A DNA stretch of 64,000 nucleotides from Mobula hypostoma (taxonomy: Eukaryota), in the NCBI RefSeq assembly GCF_963921235.1, contig NC_086097.1:78494001-78558000 (forward strand), in the 5' to 3' direction. Of the stretch, positions 12,660 to 24,800 are shown in pieces (the stretch's first letter is position 1; each line of letters opens with the position of its first letter). The notes under the pieces were generated by a model. That model was not told the origin of the DNA. It was given only the letters and a program-made list of their open reading frames with translations, and did no database searches. Made by a program: the position numbers and the translations under genes.

Positions 12660-13640
12660 AATAATTGGCATCACCAATAACCTATCCTAGTCTACTCACA
12701 TCGACATCATGGCCAAGAAAGCTCACTAGTGCTTTCTTCATGAGGTTAAAAATATTGACATGTCTCCTTTGATCTTCACAACCTTTAATTGATGCATCCT
12801 ATCCAATTCCTTAACCTCAACAACCAAGCAGAGACAGGCTGCATCACTGTCTGGTATGTGGGGGAGGGTGGGGTGGGGGGGGGGGGCTACTGCACGGGAC
12901 CAAAAGAAGCTGCAGAGGATTGTAAATCTAGTCAGCTGCATCTTAGGTTCTAGCCTACAAAGTATCCAGGACATCTTCAAGGAGCGGTGTCTCAGAAAGG
13001 TAGCATCCATTATTAAGGACCTCCAGCACCCAGGGCATGTCCTTTTCTCACTGTTACCATCAGGTAGGAGGTACAGAAGCCTGAAGGTACACACTCAGAA
13101 ATTCAGGTACAGCTTCTTCCTCTCTGCCATCCAATTCCTAAATGGACATTGAACCTTAGAACACTACCTCACTTTTTTAATATATATTATTTGTTTTTTT
13201 GCACAATTTTTAATCCATTCACTATACATACACTGTAATTGATTTACTTATTTATTATAATTATTTTATTTTGCTTTTTTTACTTCTATATTATGTATTG
13301 CATTGGACTGCTGCTGCTAAGTTAACAAATTTCACGACACATGCCAGTGATGATAAACTTGATTCTGATTCTGACTCGGATTCGGATTTGTGGGCACAGC
13401 TCGACACATCTTGGATATCGGCCTTCCTTCCATGACGTCTGTCTACCCTCCTCACTTCCTTGATAAAATAGTCAATATAATTCAAGATCTCAGTTCCCTG
13501 GACATTCTCTTTTCTCCCCCATCCAACTGGGCAGAAGATACAAAAGACTGAAGCACATATCACCAGCCTGAAGACAGCTTCTATCCCACTGTCATAAAAC
13601 TATTGAACACCCCACTAGTATGATAAGAATGGACTCTTTA
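12660..13640 (+). mobile_element. Nested Rex1/Babar LINE 3' fragments
   Basis: KKLQRIV...HPGHVLFSLLPSGRRYRSL; (gattct)n-type tail at ~13360-13390. Confidence 0.8.
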
Positions 13641-14898
13641 CTTGCAATAAATAAATGATCCATACAGTCCCAGGTCTCTTCTTCATATTTTCCCCCTGGC
13701 TCTGCAACTTATTATCTCTTGCATGCTCATCAATTCCCATGTGCTCTTTACCTACATTAAGTAGTCCATTACCAGCATGTCTTTGGGATGTGCACAGAAA
13801 CCTTAGTAGTCACAGGAGAATTTCATATTCCGCACAGATAGTACTTGAGGTCAGATTTGAATCCAGACCTGAAGATGTAGGTTTGCAGCACTGATTGCTC
13901 TGCCATCAAGTAATATTCTTTGATTTTTTTTTTAATCAATTGGTGCTGTTTTCCAATTGTAATTGTTCGCTTTAGACTGATACATTTTTCAGCAATATCT
14001 AATTCCATTTTGAAAATTAATGGAAAATCTAATTCAGTCGTGTTTCCGGGTCATGCATTTTAGGTCATAGTAACTCTGCTCTGATTCTTCAGAAAGCTAC
14101 CTTAAATCTGCATCTACTAATCTACTCACCTGCGGAAAATGCCTCAAGGTAATCCTTTGAAGCCATAACTCACAGTCAGTGGCAGCACCAGAGATTTTTT
14201 CTTGCTGGTGCTACAGTAGGGCTGAATTATTCAGTGATGGTGCTGAGGGATGTACCCTATGGTAATATGTATTCGCAAGGCCAGACGTGTGGCGTTCAAA
14301 AGTCAGTTTCAAGCATTATGTGCCTACTATAAATGCCTCTGTTGATTCACAAGCAACAGCAATTGATAAATATAATATAGAAGTGAACTGTGACAATGTC
14401 AACAGCTTCAGAGACAATCCGGGCTACACAGAGCACAAACAAACCAACAGAGCGTCCGACCCACAGCGCACAACGTGAATCACGCACCAATCCCGCAATC
14501 AGCATCAAATGTGTGCTTTTCAACTGAAAAACGCAACACTAACCTACAACGTCCACTGCTATTCGTATTACATAGACAGACAATGCCAAAAGATACACCG
14601 CTATTAAAGTCAAATAAGGCAAACAACAGATGCAAGGCTTTACAGGAGTTGAACAAATCGTACTCTGATCATGCAATACCTCAATTAATTTAGCTAATGA
14701 ATTTAAAACAAAAATCAACAGAATCACCGCTTGGAAGTCTAAGCAAAACCAGTAGGCTTAATAGCAGTAAATGTAATAGTTTAGGATTTGCAGGAAACGT
14801 AAGGACTATGGGGTATCCACCACAGAATAATAATATTAATCAGCATTAGTCTTGGCGCAAATTTTTTAAAAAATCAACTGCACTCACCATTGATGTTT

Positions 14899-15857
14899 TC
14901 AGAGAAGCACAATCCATCTGTTGCTGTGATTGGTGGCGAAAGCATCATTGATTTTCTGGATGTCAAGTGCTTTGGTCCCCCGGCTGTTTATGGCCAACTG
15001 GGCCAAGTTGCTGTTCCGAGCATCACCGCTGCTATTCCTTAGGTAGTTTTTGAGGTGTCTGAGGCAAGAGAAACTCCGTTTGCATGAGGCAGATGTCACA
15101 GGTAGAGTCAGTGATATGCAGATTAGTTTATATAAATCTATAAATGCATCGCAGTAGGGTTTCATTGGAGCTAGAAATTCCACTGTGTCATTCACTGTCT
15201 GTCCTTGCTGGAGACTCAACCACTGCTCTCATATACTCACGATTTTCTTGGACAATCTTTGCATGTCCTTTGCCAAGCATATTTCCCAATCTTGAACCGT
15301 CTTGTTTTCTCAATCTGAATTCGGCCCATGCCTCCATAGCAAACTTCTGAGCTGCACTTACACGGTGGGTTTTGAAAGCTGTTGTAGCTTTCCGCCAGTT
15401 GCGGTAACCGGTGACAGTGAAGGTAGACTCAGAATGGAAACCATGTTCTCCACACAGGAAATGCCTGTATGCGAAGCAGAACGTAATATCTTTCATGATC
15501 GAATATTCCAGCCAGTCAAAACAGCCACGAATAAAACTCCTTTGCTGATTGCCAAACTGTTGCGAGCAGCGAAGGGTACTTTTTCAATGCTGGCCAACGG
15601 GGTCCTTCCTCAGGTTGCTGGCTAACATCGCTAACAGTATTCCCACTAGCACCAAGAGCAGCTTCATCCATGTTCTCTTCCGAATCCCACTCCATTTCTT
15701 GTTCCTCTACTTCGCCCTCACACTCCTTCGATGAACTGCTGTCGTCCTCATCCCCACTTACTTCTTTCTGCATGTCACTTTCAATTAAGACAGGCTCAGG
15801 CTGAGACACCACTGATTCCTCTGGATGAGGTCGTTTTCTCACTAAAAATCGATCCAT
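14899..15857 (-). pseudogene. hAT transposase remnant: TTF-type zinc finger joined to the hATC dimerisation domain
   Basis: YSWL..DITFCFAYRHF..GYRNWRKATTAFKTH, then LPVTSASCKRSFSCLRHLKNYLRNS..SNLAQLAIN; frameshifted, catalytic core absent. Confidence 0.88.
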
Positions 15858-15916
15858 TTTTCATGCCGCCAAAATAATACACGTGGTAGGCCAACACTAG
15901 CTTGTAAAAGCACAAT

Positions 15917-15920
15917 GTGC

Positions 15921-15953
<33 letters not shown>
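15917..15953. repeat. (GT)n microsatellite
   Basis: gtgcgtgcgtgtgtgt... run inside the hAT 5' region. Confidence 0.95.
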
Positions 15954-15957
<4 letters not shown>

Positions 15958-16603
15958 TTTGAGGGGGGGGGCATCCGTTAGTCTCGCGAGACCATGGATC
16001 TGTGCCTGGATGTATACTATCAATCTCTCGCGTGAGTGACAGTGAGTGACATCACCACCTTAAGTGATCTTAGATCAGTTTAACTGATCTGAGGACAGCA
16101 ACGGTGAGACATTGACAACAAATGAAGTGTAGAGTGGATCTGACGGAGTTTATAACTTCATCGCTGTGTGGGTGCTATGGTAATTGAGGGTGCTGTTTCA
16201 CTAGATCAACTGGAGAAACAAGCTGTATTCAAAACTATACAGAGAAAGCAAAGCAGCTGCAATTTGTATGTGAAATTTCAGTTAATTTCTTGGTGGTGCT
16301 ACGCTGGTGCTATTGCAATTTCTATTGCTAGCACCACCTTAGCGCCACCCCTGCTCACAGTAGTAAAGTCAGCCCAATTAGTCAAACAAGAGGATACTTA
16401 CCCCATGGGCCAGATAGTGTGTACCACTCTTACCAAGCGAAAGAAAGCAAGTGGAACGAAATTCCAAGTTATGATTAATTTTGCATTTCTGCATGAAAGA
16501 ATCTTCAAACGTTTGAAAACATGCCTGTACAACTTTTCCAAGTAACTCTCCCTTAGTTCATGATAGACACCAACATTTCCAGTTCAGCTTTCTTATTTTT
16601 TCA

Positions 16604-17100
16604 ACTGCAGCATACTCATCCAGGTTTGAAAATGAATTCCTGAATACAGTCCATTCCACCGATTCAAAGCAGTCCTCTAGGCACTCCTGTGCTTCCCTTG
16701 TCCATACCTTCTTGGTCCTCACTACTGGTGCTGCAGTCTTCAGTCTCTGCCTATACTCAGGGAGTAGAAGTACAGCCAGGTGATCAGACTTCCCAAAGTG
16801 AGGGCGTGGAATAGCATGGTAGGCATTCTTGATGGTGGTGTAGCAATAGTCTAGTGTGTTGTTTCCTCTGGTATTGCAAGTGATCTGTTGATGGTAATTG
16901 CTTAGTAATTTTTTTCAGACTGGCCTGGCTAAAATCTCCCAAAACGATGGTGAATGTGTTAGGGTGCGCTGTTCATGCATGTTGATCCCACTGCTCAGAT
17001 CATCTGAAGCCTGCTTGACATTGGCCTGAGGTGGAATGTATACTGCTACCAAAATGACCCCGGAGAACTCCCATGGTAGGTAAAAAGGACCAGCACTAGA
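16604..17100 (-). mobile_element. Rex1/Babar APE endonuclease fragment
   Basis: AVYIPPQA, GDFSQASL, TRGNNTLDYCY, PHFGKSDHLAVLLLP. Confidence 0.88.
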
Positions 17101-17179
17101 TATTCCAGGTCTGTTGAGCAGAATTGGGACAGCACTGATGTATTTATGCATCAAGAAGAGTTGATCATGAGGCATACTC

Positions 17180-18856
17180 CTCCATCTCTGCTTTTGAGAG
17201 ACTCTATAGATCCCTTCCATAATTTTATATGTTTCTATAAGATCTCCTCTCATTCTTCAGAATTCCAGCAAGTACAGTCTCAGACGACTCATCTCTCCTC
17301 ATAGTCTAACCCCCTCATCTCTGGAATCAACCTGTTGAACCTCCTCTGCACCACCTCAAAAGCCAATATATCCTTCCTCAAGTAAGGAGACCAGAACTGC
17401 ACACAGTACTCCACATGCGGCCTCACCAGTACCCTGTATAGTTGCAGCATGACCTCCCTGCTCTTAAATTCAATCCCTCTAGCAATGAAGGCCAACATCT
17501 CATTTGCCTTCTTGCTAGCCTGTTGCACCTGCAAACCAATTTTTTGTGATTCATGCACAAGAACCCCCAAGTCCCTCTGCAAAGCAGAATGCTGCAATTT
17601 TTTACCATTTAAATAATAATCTGCTCTTTTATGTTTCCTTCCAAAGTGCATGACCTCACATTTACCAACATTGTACTCCATCTGCCAGATCCTTGCCCAC
17701 TCACTTAACCTATCTATAACTCTTTGCAAACTGTCTGTATCTTCTGCACAATTTGCTTTTTCACTCAATTTAGTATCATCAGCAAACTCAGATACACTAC
17801 ACTTGGTCCCCTCTTCCAGATCGTTGATGTATATATCGTGAACAGTTGTGGGCCCAGCACCGACCCCTGCGGCACACCACTCGTCACTGATTGCCAACCA
17901 GAGTATCACCCATGTATCCCAACTCTCTGCTTTCTATTAGTTAACTAATCCTCTATCCATGCTAATACATCACCCCAACTCTATGCATCCTTATCTTATG
18001 GATGAATCTTTGATGCGGCAGTTTTTCAAACGCCTTCTGGAAATCCAGGTAAATAACGCCCATCTGTTCCCCTCTCCACTGCGCTCATTATATCCTCAAA
18101 GATCTCCAGTAAGTTTGTTAAACATGACCTGCCTTTGCTGAATCCGTGCTGTGTCTGCCTGATGAATCCATTTCTTTCTAGATGCCTCGCTATTTCTTGT
18201 TTAATGATAGCTTCAAGCATTTTCTCAACTACAGATGTTAATACTAAATGGCCAATAGTTACCTGCCTTTTTCCTGCATCCTTTTTTGAACAGTGGCATA
18301 ATATTTGCCATCTTCCAATCTGCTGGGACCTGCCCAGAGTCCAGAGAATTTTGGTAAGTTATCTCCAAAGCCTCTACTATAACTTCTGCCATTTCTTTCA
18401 GTATGCTAGGATGCATTCCATCAGTACCAGGAGACTTAGCTATCTTCAGACCCACAAGTTTGCTCAGCACTACCTCTTTAGTAATAGCTATTGTATCGAG
18501 GTCCTCACCTCCCATCGTATCCATAACATCTTTCTTTGGCATGTTAGACATGTCCTCCACCGTGAAGACTGACCCAGAACAGTCATTCAAAGCCTCTGCC
18601 ATTTCCTCATTACCCAATATCAATTCCCCCTTCTTGTCCTCCAAGGGACCTACATTCACTTTAGCCACCCTTTTCTGCTTTATATAACTATAAAAACTTT
18701 TACTATCTATTTTTATATTTTGTGTTAGTTTATTTTTCATAATCTAGCTTCCCTTTCTTTATTGCTCACTTAGTGGTTCTTTGTTGCTTTTTAAAGTTTT
18801 CCCAATCTTCCAGTTTCCCATTACTCTTAGCGACTTTGTATGCACAAGCTTTTCGT
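17180..18856 (-). mobile_element. CR1 LINE RT
   Basis: KSPGTDGMHP, QHGFSKGRSCLTNL, FADDTKL, VRPHVEYCVQFWSP. Confidence 0.93.
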
Positions 18857-18859
18857 TTG

Positions 18860-20450
18860 ACCATCTACTGTCTCAGATATTGGACACACTGGCAGCATTG
18901 TATCCAATACTGTGTGCATTTTCCTCCCCATAAACCAGGGGTTCCCAACTTTTTTATGCCATGGACCCAAAGCCATTAAACAAGGGGTTCATGGACCTCA
19001 GGTTGGGAACTGCAGCTATTAGCATTTCAGCTGGAGACTTCCCCTCAAAGCCTGGATGTGGTGTAAACTGATATATCAGCAGAAATGTGTTGAGAGCCTT
19101 GGTTGTTTCTCCTTCCCTTCTTGATTTCAGAAGTGACCATTTGACACAAATGTTTCTGGCATCCAAATCAGCTGAAGATCTACAGCAGCTGTTGAATGGT
19201 AGGTTCTGTCATTGTTGACTTCATAGATAATACTTCTGGCTATTTGGAATGGGCATCACTCAGGATGAGATAGGCACACCTGTTGAATGGGCCAGTGAAA
19301 TCAATATGTACTTGACTCTAAGATCTGGTAGCCTGAGGCCATGGTTGTGGATCAGCTCTGTAAGACCATAAGTCCCTTAAGACATAGAAGCAGAATTATG
19401 CCATTGGGCTAATTGAGTCAGTCCAACATTCCATCAAGGCTGATTTATTATCCACTCAACCCCATTCTCCTGGCTTCCCCCCATAACCTTTGATGCCCTG
19501 ACTAATCAAGAACCTATCAACCTCTGCTTTAAATGCACCCAAAGACTTGGCCCCCACAGCCATCTGTGGCAATGAATTCCACAGTTTCACCACCCTCTAG
19601 CTAAAGAAATTCCTCCTCATCTCCATCCTAAATGGACGTCCCTCCATTCAGAGGCTGTACTCTCTGGTCCTAGTCTCCCCTACTATAGGAAAAATCCTCT
19701 CCACATCCACTCTATCTGGGCCTTTCAATATTCAATGAGTTTCAGTGAGATCCTCCTCATTCTTCTAAACTGGTGTGTACAGGCCCAGGGTCATCAAATG
19801 TTCCTCATATGTTAACTCTTCCATTCCTGGAACCATTCTCATGAACCTCCTCTGGATCCTCTCCAATGCCAGCATATCTTTTCTTAGATAAGGAACCAAA
19901 ACTGCTCACAATACTCCAAGCTCTACTTGGGTTGTTTTTGCTGCCATAGAGTACGGAGTACACTGCTTGTAAATAGATGTAATATCTTCATCTATGTCAG
20001 TACACAAAGCTTCTATCCAGGGCTTTCATTCAATCAATGCCCAGGTGACCATGGTGGAATCATTTCAGTACTTTCAGTTGAAGTGCTTGTGGAAGGGTAT
20101 AACATCTTCACCTTTAACTAGCCATCTGTTAACAAAATATCTAGAGATATATTGAAGAAGAGGATCTGCAGCTATTTCTGCTCTGATATTGTTGACCATG
20201 AGCAGAAGACCTTCAGCGGCATCTGATCCAACCAGTTGGCTTCGCAATCAACTGGAATCACAGGCACGACTGCGTCTTCTTTTTCAGTAACTCACTGATA
20301 AGTATGTAGAAGGCATCTGCCTAACCAAGTTCCTGGGTTGTCAGTGATCTGGCTGCATGCATGCCAGCTTTTATGAAACCATCAGGAAAGGTATGGTATA
20401 TGACAGCACCCTCACTAGCTAGGTTCATTCTGCTGTCCCCAAGAGTTTGC
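18860..20450 (-). mobile_element. Decayed Gypsy pol (RNase H and integrase)
   Basis: GAVI..FPDG..AARSLT; FHHGHLGID*MKALDRSFVY*; PWPQATRS*SQVHIDFTGPF..LILSDAHSK*PEV; TPHPGFEGKSPAEML. Confidence 0.85.
19361..19919 (-). mobile_element. CR1 3' fragment inserted in Gypsy integrase
   Basis: taagacca tail at left; flanking agctct duplication. Confidence 0.85.
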
Positions 20451-20995
20451 CAAATTAATTACCCCCATGAAACAAGTTTGAATACAAATTATAAACCCAA
20501 ACAACCACTATTTTGCCTATTTTCGATCTGCATTTAAAAGTCTATGTTTCCATTCACGTAATCCCTTAAGTTCCTGCCTGCTATGAACTAGCAACTGCAG
20601 TACTCATCATTATTGTTAAGAAAAAAAATCCCATATCAAACATTACTATTTATAACATGGAATTCAATAGCAAATGGGGTTTTGCATTTTAGAAAGTCAC
20701 AATACAGAATGCTTTTGAGGAAATGCAACCTCTCTGTAACACAGGGTTTACCTGTACTTACAAATCTCCACCAATTCAACTTGTTTGAATCTCCTAGAGT
20801 TTATTATCCCTCTTACCCACAGCTCACTACATCTAAGTTTTGAGTCATCTGCAAATTTGGAAATTACACCTTACACACCCAAGTTCCGATCAATAATATG
20901 TATTAAGTAAAGCAGTGGCCCTAATATAGGAGAAACCTTGGGGAATTCACCTGTACTTTTGTTTCCAGTCTGAAAAATAACCTTTCATTATTCCT

Positions 20996-21392
20996 CAAAC
21001 AACAGGAATTCTGCAGATGCTGGAAATTCAAGCAACACACATCAAAGTTGCTGGTGAACGCAGCAGGCCCGGCAGCACCTCTAGGAAGAGGTGCAGTCAA
21101 CGTTTCAGGCCAAGACCCTTCATCAAGACTAACTGAAGGAAGAGTGAGTAAGAGATTTGAAAGTTGGAGGGGGAGGGAGAGATCCAAAATGATAGGAGAA
21201 GATAGGAGAAGACAGGAGGGGGAGGGATGGAGCCATTTTGGATCTCCCCCTCCCCCTCCAACTTTCAAATCTCTTACTCACTCTTCCTTCAGTTAGTCCT
21301 GACGAAGGGTCTTGGCCTGAAACGTCGACTGCACTGCTTCCTAGAGATGCTGCCTGGCCTGCTGCGTTCACCAGCAACTTTGATGTGTGTTG
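20996..21392. mobile_element. Non-coding palindromic Penelope derivative (two inverted pLTRs)
   Basis: ~160-bp arms 21031-21191 and 21234-21394 with a ~42-nt spacer; 14-bp TSD ctttcattattcct at 20982-20995 and 21393-21406. Confidence 0.9.
21290..21331 (+). ncRNA. Best-preserved minimal hammerhead ribozyme
   Basis: Stem I agtc/gact, core CTGACGA, stem II ggg..cct, GAAAC-GTC with palindromic stem III; predicted cleavage after 21326; mirror copy ~21094-21135 (-). Confidence 0.8.
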
Positions 21393-22068
21393 CTTTCATT
21401 ATTCCTTGCTGTTTCCTGTTATTTAGCCAATGATTTATCCATTTGCTACAGCTCTATTTATTCTATGGTCTTCAATGTAGATAACAACCCTTCTGTGTGG
21501 TAGACTATCAAATGGGGACGTATGCAACTTGTGTATCCTCAAGTGGTGTGGCTCTGCATCAGAATCAGGTTTAATATCACAGGCATACTATATGTCAAGA
21601 AATTTGTTGTTTCAGGACACACAGAATAACATCACTGGCCATGTAATGCTTATTTTTGAGTGGAGTAACAGTCACATTGTTTCCAGGAGCAATCAATGCA
21701 ACTTAGTCTGCTCAGTTCATTACTGGATTGTGACCTTTATCAAATGAGCTTCATCAAAATGACTCCCATCCCCACCTTTTCGAGGCACAGGCTCAAGCCC
21801 ACTCTTTCAGCATAGCCACAGCAACAGTTCAATCTGCTTCATCACAATTCACCAACGTTAACAAATTCCAACCTCTTTCTTCCTAACCATGGTGTAGCAC
21901 AATCTCATCTACAATTTCCCAGCCCAGCCATAACACTAGTTTAGCTCCTTCTCCTTTCACTTATGCTACAGCACAAGATCTGATCCTTTTCTTTTCTCTC
22001 TGACCACGCCATAGATTTAATTTCACTCTTTGCACTCAGGCCACACCACAAAATAATTCCTTTTTAAG

Positions 22069-22813
22069 GTGGAGGATTACAAATACCTGGGGATACGAAT
22101 TGACAATAAACTGGACTGGTCAAAGAACACTGAGGCTGTCTACAAGAAGGGTCAGAGCTGTCTCTATTTCCTGAGGAGACTGAGGTCCTTTAACATCTGC
22201 TGGACGATGCTGAGGATGTTCTACGAGTCTGTGGTGGCCAGTGCTATCATGTTTGCTGTTGTGTGCTGGGGTAGCAGGCTGAGGGTAGCAGACACCAACA
22301 GAATCAACAAACTCATTCGTAAGGCCAATGATGTTGTGGGGATGGAACTGGACTCTCTCACGGTGGTGTCTGAAAAGAGGATGCTGTCTAAGTTGCATGC
22401 CATCTTGGTCAATGTCTCCCATCCACTACATAATGTACTGGGTGGGCACAGGAGTACATTCAGCCAGAGACTCATTCCACCGAGATGCAGCACAGAGCGT
22501 CATAGAAAGTCATTCCTGCCTGTGGCCATCAAACTTTACAACTCCTCCCTTGGAGGGTCAGACACCCTGAGCCGATAGGCTGGTCCTGGACTTATTTCAT
22601 AATTTACTGGCATAATTTACATATTACTATTTAACTATTTATTACTATTTTTCTATTACTATTCTATTACTATTTATTATTTCCATGACTATTACTATTT
22701 ACTAATAGTAGTATTACTATTACTATTTCTATTACTATTTATTATTTATGGTGCAACTGTAACGAAAACCAATTTCCCCCGGGATCAATAAAGTATGACT
22801 ATGACTATGACTA
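22069..22813 (+). mobile_element. Young Rex1/Babar-type LINE 3' end
   Basis: Open 169-aa frame (YKYLGIRIDNKLDW, LYFLRRLRSF, HPLH, SFLPVAIKLYN); AATAAA and (atgact)n tail. Confidence 0.88.
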
Positions 22814-23081
22814 TTTAACAATTAAACTAAGTACATTAAATAAGTTTGCTCCCCTCCTCTCACCCAAACTGCAGCCCCCACCCAAACCCTCGCTTTTCCC
22901 AAACTGCAGTCAAGACATAGAAGCTCAAAGCTGAAGTAGCCATGGGTTCCCTCCAGAAAAGAACCATTTTGCACCACCGTCTGGATTTACTGGAATTTCA
23001 GAAAGTAAAACATTATGTCAAACAATAATGAAGAGTTGAATATGGAATTTTACTGTAATGAAAACAAAAGCAAATACTCAC

Positions 23082-23212
23082 TTTGGAAATTATTTCTGCT
23101 GATTTATAACATATCTATCTTGATAAAATGTCCCAAAGATTTCTATTCGTAATTATAAGTCTTTCTGAGTTACACAACATAAATTGTTTAACTAAGTAGA
23201 TTATTAAGTTGG
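23082..23212 (-). pseudogene. Putative decayed exon (131 bp)
   Basis: Minus-strand acceptor ttttttttatctttcag and donor aaa/gtgagt; best frame NLIIYLVKQFMLCNSERLIITNRNLWDILSR*ICYKSAEIISK has one stop. Confidence 0.5.
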
Positions 23213-24479
23213 CTGAAAGATAAAAAAAACATTTTTTGCCAACTTCAGTTGCAAACATAAAAGAAATGTGTTATAAAAATGCAGTTTTACCATGCCTCTG
23301 CTAAATTATGTAGCTTATTCAACATACTGAGTTAATTCTCAGCCTTTTAATCATGTTTGCTTACAAGTATTTATTAAAAGCATGCAGAACATGATGGCAA
23401 CAATTAAATTTTGAAATTTTGAGATTACTGAAATTAGCTGATTTTAAGGCTTTTAGAAGCAAATGTGGTTCCTAGATTCTACAGAGTTAGCAGAGCCACA
23501 TCTGACATCTATTACCCTATTTCAATACCGTAAGTATTGAAAATCAAAACCAAATAAAAACCAAATTCTCTTGGAGATAGTCTAATGAAAAAAGCCACAG
23601 CGTGTCATGGAACCCAGGTTCAACAGTCCTAAAGTAACAGAGAAAACTGAATGTTCTAAATTTACAAGAGGTGTTCATCTGACCCAAGATCAGTTTTAAG
23701 ATCTAAATCAATCTATTTTCCCGATGAAATTAAAATAAATCTTTTGGCACCTCCAAGCTAGATATGGAGTATTCTACTCAAAAGATACATACTATTTCTT
23801 AATAATAAAACTAGAATTGCAGTTGATACTTGTTAATTAATTAAATTTGGATTATGAACCTGTGTCATCTTCGCTGATGCTTAGTTTCCTGCTCTATGCT
23901 AACAGCACTTACTGTTTTGCTGTCTATGGTAATGATTCTGACTCCACTGAAAAATGCTGATAAATACTTTCTTGTACTCACAAATGGGACTTTTGTTATT
24001 TCCTAACAAACATCTTTAATAGCAGTGCAGTCATTTTCTCAACCACCAGTTACATTATACTACAGCAAGAGATTGCATCATGCAAGAGAAGTACATAATA
24101 TATACTAAAACTGTTACCATCCTTAAACCTACAAGATCTGTGAAATGTGATCAGTGTGAATGATGACAGAAGTGTTGGAGCATGAATGTAATAAATTAAT
24201 ATTCCTAGTACATCTCCTCCTGGAAAATTGTTTATTCTTCACCATTATGTTACCTAGCAATTAGAAAATAATATTGATTAATTAAATTGCAGAAATATTT
24301 GAAGGTATGAAGTGAGGTAATCCTTGGTATCTGATTATTTGATTCAATAGTATGGTTAACTTGAAATAGAAAACCAAAGCTGAGAGCTAAACCATTATTC
24401 ACTTTTGGAGTTCAAACTGAAAAAATATTTGTCATTTCATTTTTCACATTGATTTTAGAACAGTGATTTCCTGCTCAGG

Positions 24480-24800
24480 CATGTATCTCTTCCAATTGGA
24501 CAATCTTTTCAGTACAGGCTTACAGAGAAACAGTTTTATTAAATGCATGTGAAGTGAAATTATGGGTCACTTTGAAGACACCAGAGAAGCATCAGCGGTT
24601 ATGTCAGGAAATGAGATCTTCCACTGACAACAAAGTTGGAAATCCAGATACAATCATTTCCCACTCCACAACTGTTATGCAAGGAATGAGCAAGTATAAA
24701 CAACACCTCAGGCACACCAAGGAAAGGTTTCTCATATGCACAGCAAAGACAAGATAGACCAAGAATAACTTCAATTGAGCCAATCATTTTTTCCAGTGAT
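24480..24800 (+). mobile_element. Possible decayed Gypsy integrase zinc-finger fragment
   Basis: QAYRETVLLNACEVKL..GH and KVGNPDTII resemble YRxxILxLAHE..GH and QxVGKPNQxI. Confidence 0.3.

Larger units (their letters stand above)
14177..16353 (-). mobile_element. Internally deleted hAT DNA transposon (Tip100/ZMYM1-like)
   Basis: Perfect 8-bp TSD ctcacagt at 14169-14176 and 16354-16361; imperfect TIRs CAGTGGCAGCACC / CAGGGGTGGCGCT; subterminal ggtgcta repeats. Confidence 0.92.

Noticed and set aside
22069..22578. Domesticated gene (open 169-aa frame)
   Set aside because: 5'-truncated LINE C-terminus with its tail attached; the open frame is explained by young age
22600..22813. AT-rich tandem (tattac)n and (atgact)n as a CRISPR-like array
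   Set aside because: Simple-repeat 3' UTR and tail of a Rex-type LINE; no repeat-spacer structure
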